Source of the DNA: Sarea resinae
Lineage: Eukaryota
Assembly: GCA_026026165.1 (NCBI GenBank)
Contig: JAPEUD010000014.1
Coordinates: 1-64,000, forward strand
Reading direction: 5' to 3'
Length of the DNA stretch: 64,000 nucleotides
Made by a program: the position numbers and the translations under genes. Each line of letters begins with the position of its first letter. The stretch's first letter is position 1. The notes beneath the pieces were generated by a model. That model was not told where the DNA came from and made no database searches. It saw nothing but the letters and a program-made list of their open reading frames with translations. This document shows, piece after piece, positions 23,821 to 35,949 of the stretch.

Positions 23821-26169
23821 ATGTCTCAACACTACTCAGAGGACTTAGATGCCCCATGGGAACCAGACAATGAGCCGTCTCCGTTCTCAAACCCGTTTGA
23901 GTCATCGTACACTGGAGATGCTTCATCACTTGAGCTTCCTTCGGGGCCAGTTGAGGGATCAGACTCAGCTGAGTTCTTTTCAGACCTGGTTGATCTCGAC
24001 GCAGATCTGTCCTACACCAATCAGCCTGGAACATTGGACCCTGCCGTACTGAATAGTAACTACTCTTATGATAGGCAGCATCAAGCTCCAGCACAACAGG
24101 CTTTCACTCAAGACTTTGAGGATGTGAACCCGACCCTTGGCGTCCACGGAAATGCTCATGACTTGACGAGTGATGAGGGATTCACAATGAACAATCAGGC
24201 TTTACAAGCCTTTGGCTCTGCCTCTCCAGGCGTCTTTCCACATAGCGCAACGGCGACTAGTTCTCAAGGCCAGATGCAATCCATCGAGGACATACAAGCA
24301 AATCCTCATCCACAATCAGTGACGGTTCAGTCACACACAAGTGGTCAGAACGCGTCTCCTGCACCTGTCTTTGATAACAAGTTCCGAAGTTATCAGGAGG
24401 CCAAAACCTGGAGGAAACGCCATCTTCAGGCGAACAACAATGCCGACCCGACTTTCCCCGTTACCCGTGATGACAATATCAGAGTAGTAAGAATTCTCTA
24501 CTTCGCTATTATCAATCTTCATGGAACGTCGGATGGAAATGATGATGGCCGGAAGCCATCCCAGGCATGGACGATGTTCCGTGAGAATAAATTCCAACCA
24601 GAACACATCCAATCCGTCTGCTGGACACTTCTTGTGCGTATACCTTCTGAATGGCATGTGGACTATTGCTAACCGTCCTCAAACCGGTCAGAAAAAGTTG
24701 TTCGGCGCTCAAGTTAGCGGGCCATTAGTGCCTCCTATGCAACGATCGACGTGCAAGCCAGCCCATTTCGATACCTTTGCTGAGCGACTAAATGCTCTCG
24801 AGGAAGCATTGCGGGTACGTTAGCCAATAACAACTTATGTTGTCTATGGTAGCTAAAAGTGGTATAGACGCACAAGACGATCTGCAAACACTTGATGGAC
24901 CATCAATACATAGACGGTCTTGTTGATAACCCGAAAGCCCATGTCGACGTAAGTGAATATACTCGTTGCTGATGTTAATTTGTATAATTCCAGAAGACTA
25001 ATATTTTATAGCGAGCCAAGTCTAATAAAAAAGTCAATGCTCGCAAAGCGGACGTTATCCGAGAGGGCCGGAAAGCTAAGGGTCTTATAAAGCAAGAATC
25101 CGGACACTCTTCCGACGAAGATTCTCCTAGTCGTCATCAATCACTATTGACAGAGACACTCGCACCGACTCAGACAGTGCACCCGAGAACCACACAGGCC
25201 AGACAGCGCAGACAGCCACAACCAGCTGTTCATTCCGATATTGAAGCCACGTCAGACGCTCCAGCAACTCGACGAATGGCTCGTCCCCGGAAGTCGAAGA
25301 TGTTCCTCAAGGAGGAGGACACGTCCACACCCTTCGATAGTCAAACTGAGGGAGTGACTGTTCCGGGATTTGACTCTCTCGCGCCTAATCGCCCAGCTGC
25401 TGAACCAAACTGGCCACTCTTCTATGGACCTCCTCGGACTAAGGCCAACGATCATCCTATTATAGGCTCCGCCGAGTCTCTGTACCAGCAGATTATGGAC
25501 CCTGAATATAAGAGCACGTACCTTGAGATCCCAGGCCGTTTAGCCCCTTCTCAGCGTATTTACGACCAAAAGCTTATCCGTTGGAACCGCTCCCGCGAAG
25601 CTTGGTTGATAGAGTGTGAAGTCTTCTATTGGTTCTCAGATTTGGATGACCTCAGTGAGTTTGCTAAGGCAGATGGCACGTACCGTTCATCTTCGTCCGC
25701 GGCAGTGTCTCACGTGGCAAGCCACAATCGAACACCGCTGTACGAAGGGAACGCCAAATGGACTCCAATGGAAAACCCGGATCCTGAGCCTCACTACTCA
25801 ACCAAGTTCCCCGCCGCTATTTACGAACCCACAGCATTGGCTGAGCATCAGCCGCAAGTACAACGGATGGGTACGCCGTCCATGTCACGGTATCCGGATC
25901 CAAGCGTTGGTAACCAGCCACACATTTATGGTGCTTCAAGCTTTGGTACGCAACGTAATAGATCCAGGCTTCCTCAGCATGAGCGCAATTTGGACGTCAT
26001 GGCCTCACTCAAATATCTTCTACCCACCTCGAATTCGGGTTTCGGCTCTGATAGTTCTGCAGCACAACCTCGTGGTTTCAAACGCTCCCGCCAGCAGTCG
26101 GATGACGATGAGTACCAGTCCGACCTTCAACAGCCCTCTAAGCGTGGCAAGGGCGAAGAGAAGCGCTAA
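23821..26169 (+). CDS. Hypothetical protein (~724 aa, 4 exons) with acidic N-terminus, central helical domain and C-terminal bipartite NLS-like motif
   Basis: Exons 23821-24633, 24692-24814, 24868-24948 and 25012-26169 join in frame through three phase-0 GT-AG introns with branch sites; ends KRSRQQ...PSKRGKGEEKR. Confidence 0.8.
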
Positions 26170-26725
26170 TGCGTACGCCGTTACATCCCATCGGATCTTG
26201 GATGCGCTGTTCGACCGTCATATCTTCCTTTCATGCTTGACGTGGACCCTCTCTTTGTTCCTACAATTGTTCCCTACATTTCTTTTCTCCCTTTGCGACC
26301 TATGAAGTCCAACAACGGATTTCTTCCATGTCTTCGAATCATACTTTTGATTCATGAGCTCGTTTCCTTTCCGAATCAGTAAAACCAAGAGACAGCATCT
26401 TCCAGTGGAAATACTTCCAGCGGATACATCAAACACGGCCCCATATTCAGCAATAGATGACAGCTTTACCGGAGTGTTCCACGTCTTAGCCTCCCAGGTT
26501 CCCGGACTGGTTATAGACGAACGATACGTTAATAGAATGGCCACACATCCATTGTCTTGCTGGCATGTTACATCTATCCAGAGAGATGAAACATCCTTCA
26601 TCAAAGTTTGCCTCGAATCCGGACCATCATTTCCTTTTTCTGTTGGCATGTTATCATCTCGGCGTGTTTGTTACAGCGTGTTTGTCATGCGGCATGACTC
26701 TTTACAGCATGCAAGCTCCCGCATA

Positions 26726-26864
26726 CTGTTTAGCCCCAGCCCAATGTGCTCAGCTAACGAGCACATACCTAGCTGGCTAACAGATTAATGTTTCCCTTTT
26801 TCCGAATCCTGGTTAGCCCCAGCCTCGTCTGTTCAGAACATGAACACATACCCAGCTGGCTAAC
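26726..26864 (+). repeat. Two tandem, imperfect ~55-nt copies, each forming a hairpin
   Basis: TTAGCCCCAGC-(31 nt)-GCTGGCTAAC at 26730-26781 and 26813-26864; inner stems ATGTGCTC/GAGCACAT and TGTTCA/TGAACA. Confidence 0.85.
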
Positions 26865-27363
26865 AATTCCTGTATCCTCAAATGTTTTTTTTCCATACAC
26901 GATCCTCTCACTAGTACGGTCTTTGGTCTCTGGTTATGACCCGGAACGTGGAGAGTGGCCATGATAATCCCCCGTTTAGATGTGTTTCTCTTCTTTTGGA
27001 AGAGGGCTTCTACGGCGCTTTAGTACGGTCCTTTTTGTTCTATCCGGTCTCTTGTTTTTTTGGACCTGGAAAGAGTTAAGGATTATCATTGAATAGATCG
27101 TTTTTGTAGATAATCTCCCGCTTATCGGGGATCATAGATGTCATTTAGACATAATGAACTGCGCAAGCAGGAATTCTTTTTGAGGTGAATTCTGATGCGC
27201 TGTGATGGGTTGATTATGATTTCTTCTCAACGTCTTTGATGGAAAGGCAAGAGAGTGTAAGTTATCACGAGCTAGATTGGTAGAAAACGAAAGCGTTGAG
27301 GAAGGTATCAGCGGAGAACAGAGTTTTCATTTTACGATGATGATGATGCATCCAATGCTAGAT

Positions 27364-28476
27364 TTATAGTCTATCTGAATTGACTCCCACAAGAATCCCA
27401 TACTCCTCATACGGAAAGTCCTCCAGTGACTTCAACAGTATTGCCCATCCATCATCAATCCTCCCAGGTGCTCCCTTAACTCTTTCGCCCGACCTTTCCT
27501 CTTTACCTTGGATATCGTCCTTCGTGGCCACCACCTCCTTCGTTCCCTCCAGTTCTTTTTTCTGCTCCTGGCCCGCCAATCCCGCAAGCACCTGCTTCTC
27601 CCTCCCGCTATACTCCTCCAGTAATCCCGGATGCGGACACCACACCACGCGCATGCCTGCTCGCCGTCCAGCCTCCACTCCTGGCACCGAGTCCTCAAAC
27701 ACCAGACACTCCTCTGGCCGCACCTCGGGCTCGCCCGGTGCTAAGCTATCATTCACAAGCTTCAGAGCCAACAGAAAGATATCCGGCGCAGGTTTGCCCT
27801 TGCCAAGTGGGATGCGCGGATCATCACCAAGGATCCGACGGTTGGTAGGGAAGAGCGAGAACACGTGAGACAGGTGGGTGGTTTTGAGGTCGAAGTTCCC
27901 TTTGTGCGAGGAGGTGGCTAGTGCGATATGGACAGGTTTGTTGGTAGTCGTGGTAGCGGCGGAGAGGGCTTGGAGGAGCGTGAGAACGCCGGGAAGGGGC
28001 TGTGTCCGTGGGAATAGCTCTTTTTGGAGCGCCGTCTGCTTGATCATGAACTCTTCGCGTGTTATAGGCAATTGGGCCCACTCTTGGAAGATACGACCGG
28101 CCTGTCAACGTGGTATTGTAAATTAGCTTGGCCCGATCGGTCACAGAAGAAGAGCGTATTGCGCACCTCAGGACCAGGCCGGCCTTGCAGTTGCGCCTTG
28201 ATGCTCCATGGCAAATCAGGTCGGCCGTACTCGCGGAGCAGTGTATTGGTGCAGATGGTATAGAGGTCCTCGGAATCAATGAGAAGGCCATCCATGTCAA
28301 ACAAGCAGGCCCGGATCGGGGGGAAGCTGCAAAACGCATCGTATCAGTATGGAATTGCTGCCATGATTGGGAAGAATTCTGAGTCTTTCTTTTCGTTCGC
28401 GAGAACCCAATTGAACTCTCGGGAGCGGGTATGGGGCGGGAATGCGTACGTACTCTGGCTTGCTTGAGGACGCCAT
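27364..28476 (-). CDS. HAD-superfamily hydrolase, pseudouridine-5'-phosphatase (HDHD1/GS1)-like (3 exons)
   Basis: MASSSKPD|FPPIRACLFDMDGLLIDSEDLY (motif I), ALATSS (II), GKPAPDIF (III), CLVFEDSVPGVEAGRRAGM (IV). Confidence 0.88.
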
Positions 28477-28747
28477 TGTCTATATAGTGTGAACGGGGAG
28501 GAATAGGAGAGGGCGGAGAGGAGAGGAGAATGGCAGGTCTTCCAGGGAACGGTCGAGGGGGAGGGCGATGTTTGGAGGGGTAGAGGGGCCGAGATCTCGA
28601 AATCCCTATCATATCTAATCTATGCGGTGATTGCCGGGGCGCAGCATCAACATCGCCTGTAGCTTCCAGCTCAACCCTCATCACTATCGATCGTTATACG
28701 GCGTGAGGTAAGTTGAATATATAAAGGAATCTCTTGCATCCAAGTTT

Positions 28748-30248
28748 ATGCCTCGTTTCTCACACCTGAAGAATAGAATCGGATCTCCACCTCCAGGTCC
28801 TCCGCCTTCAAGCTCTTCCCGAGATAAATCAACCGCCAAATCAAAGCCTCGACCTTCACCAGAAGAGCAGCCAAAGGATCAGAATACGAAGACCGGCCCT
28901 CATCTTCCGCATCTGAAAGACAGGCATACGTCGAAAGAACCACGCAAAGGCAAGGGCAACAATTCTAATCCTCGCCTGCCCCATCTTAGAAAGGGCATCA
29001 TGACCCCACCACCAGGGACACCCGATGGCGAAAGCCCAGACAAGAAGAAGACTTCGCCAGCAGAATCAACGCATGAAGAGCCAGGTGAACAACAATTCGA
29101 TCCCCAGTTCTCCCCCGACGAAGAAGCCGTAAGTCTCTCCATCTCACCCATTCAATTGTCATTATCCACAAACAGGAATCAACAAACTGATCTGCTGGCA
29201 GACCCTCCTCTCAGAAACATCAACCCACCGCCTCCGCGCCAACGAGCTCTTCGCTACCTCTCGCTTCGACGAAGCAATACAAGTCTACGACCGTGCTCTC
29301 TCCTCGTGCCCCAACTATCTCGAGTACCAGACCGCCGTCCTCCGGTCTAATATCTCAGCCTGTCATCTGAAACTTCTGGACTGGAAGTCCGCCATCGAAG
29401 CAGCGACCAAATCACTTGAGGCGCTGGACCGGCTAGAGGAGGTCGTAGCTCCACCTGCAAAGAACAAAGACGATGGCGTGGGGCCTGCTAATGGGGATAA
29501 GGACGAGGTCGAGAAATCTAAAGAGACCGAGCGGGTCGTCGAAGTCACAGACGAGTCTCTCGCAGAGGAAGAAGCAAAAAGCGCTCGCATCTCTGCCAGG
29601 CTCTCCAAGAACAAAACCACGAAGGAGGACGTGGCGCGCATACGAGCAAAGGCGCTGATGCGGCGGGCCAAAGCGCGGAGTGAGATGGCCGGGTGGGCGA
29701 ATCTGCAGGGTGCAGAAGAAGGTCAGTCTCCTTTACTCACAGCAAAAGTCTAGTTGAGATCTTTTGAATTGTCATTTTGTGGTCACAACAATATGGTACT
29801 CATACGTTTCTACGAGATCAGACTACAAGCTTCTTTCTTCTCCTTCATTTACAGCTTCTCTTCCCGCAGCGGACAGGAAAATCGTCCGACAAGCCCTTCA
29901 AACCCTTCCCGCACGTCTGGAGGACGCCAAGACGAAGGAGATGGGTGAGATGATGTCGAAACTCAAAGATGTAAGAGCTCCTTGCATATTCTCTTCTCCC
30001 CCTTCTTCTTTGCCATTTTTGCCACTCCCGACTTCTCTCCTTCTACTCTGGACCCCACCTTCCACCATTCGTCTTCGTCTTCAGCCCTGTGATTACACCA
30101 CATGTTGACATCTCCTCTCGCCGATCTCCAGCTAGGCAACGGCTTCCTCAAACCCTTCGGGCTCTCCACGGACAACTTTAACATGGTCAAAGATGAGAAG
30201 ACGGGCGGTTATAGCATGAATTTCGAGCAAGGGACTAAACGCACATGA
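28748..30248 (+). CDS. TPR protein, TTC1-like (4 coding exons; start either 28748 or 29000)
   Basis: ANELFATSRFDEAIQVYDRALSSCPNYLEYQTAVLRSNISACHLKL, KALMRRAKAR, EMGEMMSKLKD|LGNGFLKPFGLSTDNFNMVKDEKTGGYSMNF. Introns ~29129-29200, 29722-29821, 29971-30131. Confidence 0.88.
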
Positions 30249-30617
30249 ACATTATCGACGTGCAAGATTCTTACTGCATGCATTGTTACGGCATATAGAG
30301 GAGTTCGAGGATGCTGAGCGGTCTCTCTGTTATGTCAAGATACTCTATGTTCTGGCTTTGCATCGATTTTGGAAGCGCTTCACTGATTTCGTTTGGAGTG
30401 TATCAAGTAGTAGTAAATTGAACGATTCAGGAGATGCAGAAGATGCCGTGCTCCCGCGACGAGCTCGATCGTTGATTACTCGAACGAGTAGGAAATGATG
30501 GGACCATGTAGGAGTACCAGCCCTTCCGCAGTGATGTACGTGTAGGCAAAGTACGAGTACTTCTGCTCCGATCACTTTGGCGTTCGGCGTCGGCCCGGCT
30601 CGGCTTGGGTCTTGGCA

Positions 30618-30630
30618 TTCTAGACATTTC
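30618..30630 (+). promoter_or_regulatory. Heat-shock element (HSE)-like
   Basis: TTC-ta-GAC-at-TTC, one mismatch from TTCnnGAAnnTTC, ~215 nt upstream of the HSP10 ATG, with further GAA/TTC units nearby. Confidence 0.5.
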
Positions 30631-30843
30631 TCTGGGGAAGCTTAGACGGGGAACTTCTTAAGCAGGCGGACAGGAAAATCTTCCGCCCATCCCAAGTTCC
30701 AATTCTATTCCATCATCAATCACCGTCACCATCACCATCACCATCACCATCACTCACCATCACTCGGCCTTCGTTTGCAGCAACAGCCTCAAACTGTCTC
30801 TCTCTCTGAACTATTTCGAATCAGCTCCTTCGTGTCCGCCATC

Positions 30844-31660
30844 ATGGTGAGTCTTCCTCTCTTTGCTGCTCGAGGCTGCGAGTTGCAGACAGCTACCCGG
30901 CTCTAGCTACCTCTGCACGTCCTGAATTTCTCTTGCACTTCCTATATCCATTGAACACGTCTATTCCTTCCTCCAATCGCCATCTACCAGCCTCTCTTCA
31001 CATATTCTCCTGCATTGTCCTGTCTCTTGTCACTAACCACCACGACCGCGCTCAACAGACCACCGCTCTCAAATCCATCAAGTCGCTCGCTCCCCTGCTC
31101 GACCGCGTGCTCGTGCAGCGCATCAAAGCCGAGACCAAGACCGCCTCCGGCATCTTTCTCCCGGAGTCCAGCGTCAAGGAGCTCAACGAGGCCCGCGTGT
31201 TGGCCGTCGGACCCGGTGGTCTCGACAAGGATGGCAAGAGGCTGGCACCGTCCGTCGCACCGGGCGACAAGGTCCTGATCCCACAGGTACGTTTCGTATC
31301 TTGCTTTTGGGCCTGAGAAGTCTTGAGGACGCTGGTGGGTCCGGAGTGTCATGTATGAGAGAGGAAAAGATGGCGTCCTTGGCAGGGTGCGCAAAGGCGA
31401 TGCAGAGAGACTTGAAAACGGTCAATATACTCAGTAGGAACAGGCAGCTAACTCAGACTCCTGAATACAGTACGGTGGCAGCCCCGTCAAGGTCGGCGAG
31501 GAGGAGTATTCGCTCTTCCGGGACTACGAGTAAGTCTTTCCCCTCCCCATCTCCTCTCTCTCTTCGACCTTCTGTTCTACCCTCCCCACAAATGTAAGGC
31601 TCGTACCTAACCTCTGCCGTTTCATCAACCTACAGGCTCCTAGCCAAGATCAACGAGTAG
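30844..31660 (+). CDS. HSP10: Mitochondrial co-chaperonin Hsp10 (4 exons; exon 1 coding part is only ATG)
   Basis: M|TTALKSIKSLAPLLDRVLVQRIKAETKTASGIFLPESS...GDKVLIPQ|YGGSPVKVGEEEYSLFRDYE|LLAKINE*. Confidence 0.96.
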
Positions 31661-32653
31661 ACGCCTAGGGCAGCAAGAAAAAAAGAAACAAGCAAAAACC
31701 AATCTATCCATCCCTCCATCCATCCATCCATCTACGCGTCTCGGCCATCCATTCAGCCATCATCTCACCGCCATCATGATCATCATATCATCCGCATCTC
31801 CATCAATCCACAATGTATAAACCTTTTGTACCACCACCGCCGCAAGCAGATCACGCTACCCACCCACCTACCTACCTAGCTACCTACCTATTCTACTTAC
31901 TGTACCATTATCACCGCACGGCAACATTCCTCGTTTGGTCTGGGGATCGAAAAGAGCATAGATAGCAGTTTTTCTGTTTTAACTTGCCTCCTTCCTTTCT
32001 CTCATCTTCTCTTCCCAGCCCATCCGTATGTGAGGGCATCTTCCATCTGCCCTCGTGCGCACCCAGCGAGTCAAGCAAGAAAGGAAGGAAGGAAGGAAGG
32101 AAGGAAGGGTCTTTGTATATCTAGGATCCAAATCTCAAAACCAGAATCTCTCCTCTCTCATACATGCATACGTACATACACATTCACGAGTCCGAGATCA
32201 CCGATCCGGGTTTAACCGGCCCGTTTGTTCGTTTTCAATGATTTTATCAAGGGATTGAAAGAGCGGGAAACGAACGAAAGCACATTTTCGCATTGTATTG
32301 ACAGACAGATAGACAGCCCGCCCCCTTTCGTCCTGCCTACTTGCGCCCGATGCGAAACCCCAACGCGAAACCCAAATTTGAAGCCTCTCCTCCCTTCCTC
32401 CACCCTGCGCACCTTCTCTTGCCAGATAGATAATCAAGACGTGGAAAAGTGCCTGTGCTGAGCATGTAGTCCTATTCCATTCCCGGATCGCCTCGAGGAG
32501 TCCCGTTCCTGCCACGCCTCGTCCATATCCAACCGTGCCGGTGTGTGTGTGTGTTCTATGCTGTGCTATCCCATACAGCGTTGATCTCGTTTGTAGATGC
32601 CCAACCAACCAGCCAGCCAGCCCAGCTCTACGTCTTCTTCGACGGGCCACTGC

Positions 32654-35256
32654 TTAGATTTTGCTGGCCTCCACCTCCTCTTCCTGGCTTGCCCCGGCCG
32701 TAGCCTCGGCCTCTGCGTCCGCGAGGGCCTCGGCATCCCTCATCGCCTTCTTCGCGCTCTTCCCCTTCCGCCTGACCCGAGTATCCCTCGGGTCGAAGCC
32801 GCCGTGGCCCCAGCGCGCCCACTCGGGCGTCGCGGCACCCATGTAATCCTCGGGCGTAAAGGGCTTGCCGGCCTCCAGCAGGGCGAAGAAGCGATCGTAG
32901 TCGATGAGCGTATGCCAGACCGCACTCTTCTCGCCGTCCTCGGCGTCGGCCGTGGTGGCGGTCGAGCGGAAGCGGTGCGAGGCGAGCAGGATGCAGCAGC
33001 TATGGGCGTGCTCAGCGGCGATGCCGTAGTCGAGGCCGCGGGCGGCGAGGGCCTCGTTCAGGCGGACGACGAAGTCGGCGACTTCGTCGTAGAAGGGCAC
33101 GTTGGCCATGGTCAGGCCGGCGCCCTTGCTGTCCGCGGTGCCGCAGTAGGTGACGCCCTTGACCTCGACGAAGCCGGGCAGGCCGCGCGCGACCAGGTCG
33201 GCGTAGCCCTCGACCTCCTCGGCCACGTTGAAGCCCTTGACTAGCGTCAGCCGGAACACGGTGCGTTGCTCGAAGCGGCGCGCGCGCAGGATGTCGAGGC
33301 AGCGCTGGAAGCGCTCCCAGAAGTCGCGGTGCAGCGGCCGGTCGATGCGCCGCAGACTGTCGCGGTTGCTGGCGTCGATGGACACGTACAGCTGCGTGAC
33401 GGGCGCCAGGGCGGCCAGCTGGTCCGGGTGCTGCGCGTTGCAGACCAGGAAGGTCGAGATGCGCTCGGCGTGCAGCAGGGCCGTGAAGGCGTTGATGTGC
33501 GGGTAGAAGATGGGCTCGCCGACCAGGCTGAGCGCGCAGTGTCGGATGCGCATGGCTTCCTGGAAGCGCTCGGCCCGCACCCCGGGCACGCCCTTGAGCA
33601 TTTTGATTTTCTTGTAGTGGCCCTCTTTGACGCCGGTGAAGATCTTCTCGGGCGGATCGACTTGCCAGCGCCACGAGGTGCCGACCGGGTTGGTGCCGTG
33701 GCGCCAGCAGAAGACGCACTTGTTGCTGCACGAGAGCGAGGGCGTCGTCTCCATGCACAGGTGCGATTGGATGCCGTAGAAGGAGTACTTGTAGCACGAG
33801 CCGCGGCCGCGTAGGGCCGATTTGGTCCATCGGCAGATCTTGACGCCCGAGTGCGAGCCGACGATGGTGTAGCCTTGTTTGGTCAGAGCCGTGTAGGTTG
33901 GGGAGGTGGTTGGGACCATTTCTAGCACCGGGGTCGGGGCTGCCGCTGTCGATGAAGCCGTTTTTCCGTAGGTGGTGAAGTCGATTGCTAGAGGAGTGGA
34001 AGCTTCTTCTGACGGGTCGGATGGGGAAGAGGAAGGCTGCTGGCTTTTGATGATCCGGCCGAGGTCCTCTAAATCTTCGACGCTTGCGCCTGCTTTGGGC
34101 TTTCTTCTTTTCAAGGGCTTTGATCCTGTGGGGTCGATCTCGTCGTCGTCGCTCTCTAGATCCTCTTCATCACTCTCGACAGCGTCTCCACTACCGATAA
34201 CACCCTCGCCGAGCCCACCGTGCAAGGCAACGTCCCGAAGAGCATCTTCGACGCCCAACCGCCATTCCTCCAGCCGCTCTTGAGCGTCCGATTTGACATC
34301 TCCCATACCCACCGGGAAAGCTCTCTTCCTGCCAGTCAGTTTCGCCAGCCATTTATCTACTTCTTTGGCCTGCGAGCAGAACCCTTGCTCTTCCGTAGGC
34401 CATCCTTCCTTGTCTCCGAATCCAAACACGGAGTAGCCGATTAGCGGCGAAAGAGGGGCGGTATCGATGCGAAAGTCATGGTGTGTTTCTTGCAGATGGG
34501 CGAGAAACGTGTTGAGAACGGTGTCGATGTTGTATGATGGGACGAGGAAGAGATAGAAGAAAGTCGTCTGATAGTCCGCACTTTCACCCTTGGGCGGCGT
34601 AATAAAGAAGTCGTCATAATCGACATAGGAGAGGTCGTGAAGTTGGGGTTCGAGGAATGGCGAAGAGGGGTCTATGGACTCTTTGGTGGGTGAAATGAGG
34701 GAAGCACTGAACTTTCCGATGAATTCTTCGGCCGAACGCTGCGTACTCCCTGTCAAAGAAGAGAAGAACACCATCGGCTGAATCTTGGAAGGTCCATTGT
34801 CGGTGGACCGCGGCGAGCGTCGAGGACGCCTTGCCTTGTTCGGTTTCGATCCATCTACTCGTTTCGGCGCAGTGGCCTTGACCGGTTCTCTACTCGGTGA
34901 TTCCGACGGCGGTTTCTTCCCTGATATCTCAATGGCATCTTGCTCGCGAGGCTTTTCCTCGACGATTGTCGGGATCGGCTGGGGCTTTTCGGCCGACTCG
35001 GCTTGGAGCCGTGGCGATCGCGGTAACGGCGACGAAGAAAGCTTTTCTCTGCTGCTGCGCAGATGCAAGACGGTCCGTAGGACGAAGAGAGCGGACAGGG
35101 TGCAGAGCAGGATGGGGGTCCGATAGGCGTGCCAGAGGGTGAGAAGCTCTGCGGGAGCAGGATTAGCACATTTCTTGTTCATGTCTGCATACTGCCGAGA
35201 ATCTGGAGCGTGTACTGACCATCGAGGAGCGGCTCATTCAAGATGTTGACGGCCAT
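32654..35256 (-). CDS. TYW1: tRNA 4-demethylwyosine synthase Tyw1 (flavodoxin + radical SAM; 2 exons)
   Basis: N-terminal TM segment, flavodoxin-like FFSSLTGS...YSVFGFGD, GSHSGVKICRWTK, CSNKCVFC (CxxxCxxC), HCALSLVGEP, EVKGVTYCG. Short first exon MAVNILNEPLLD with intron ~35151-35219. Confidence 0.96.
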
Positions 35257-35708
35257 GGCTGACCTCTGACTGTTTCCGCGCTGTTGCCATCAAAATTCGC
35301 AGATCTGTGCGATACGGCATGCAGGTACGAGAGAGATGTACCGGATTACTGCTGTGGGGGTGGGGCCGAGTCTACTCTAGAGTAAGGTAGGCTTCCAGTC
35401 CGGCCCTGACGGTGTTTTGATTTGGAAGACAATTCGTACGGGCAGCACCATCAGCATGAGGGTGAAGAGACGCAGAATCAGAGTAGAAGCAGAAGGACAG
35501 ATGATCTCGAGATGAGGAGGAGAATCATAATCATCATCATCTCATCGTCAGCTCGTGCACAGCACCAAGAACAGAGATCGCCCTCGGATTGACCGCCTTG
35601 ACCGTACGCGAACATGGTAATGTGATGATGGATCATGTAGATGATGTAGATGCCGACTCCCATACCTTACGGATCGGCATCCCTCCCCTTTACCGCCCAC
35701 CGCCAACA

Positions 35709-35790
35709 CATCCCCATCTCCATCCCCATCTCCATCTCCATCTCCATCTCCATCTCCATCTCCATCTCCATCTCAATCTTCATCTTCATC
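35709..35790 (+). repeat. (CATCTC)n hexanucleotide microsatellite in the TYW1/PQ-loop divergent promoter
   Basis: Direct reading. Confidence 0.92.
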
Positions 35791-35949
35791 ACCCTCGCCC
35801 TCATCAAATGGAAGATCAAAGAGAGACTCTCGGCATGTCACCATCGTCGGCCTGAGATGCTTCAGACGTGACTTGTTTTGCTGTTTCCGTGACCACTTCA
35901 GCTTCTCCCGTGGACACCGCGGTAGTGAATAGCGAATACCACCGCGGCC

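Noticed and set aside
35589..35871. ORFs with His-Leu or Ile-Ser dipeptide repeats
   Set aside because: Translations of the (CATCTC)n microsatellite in a promoter region.
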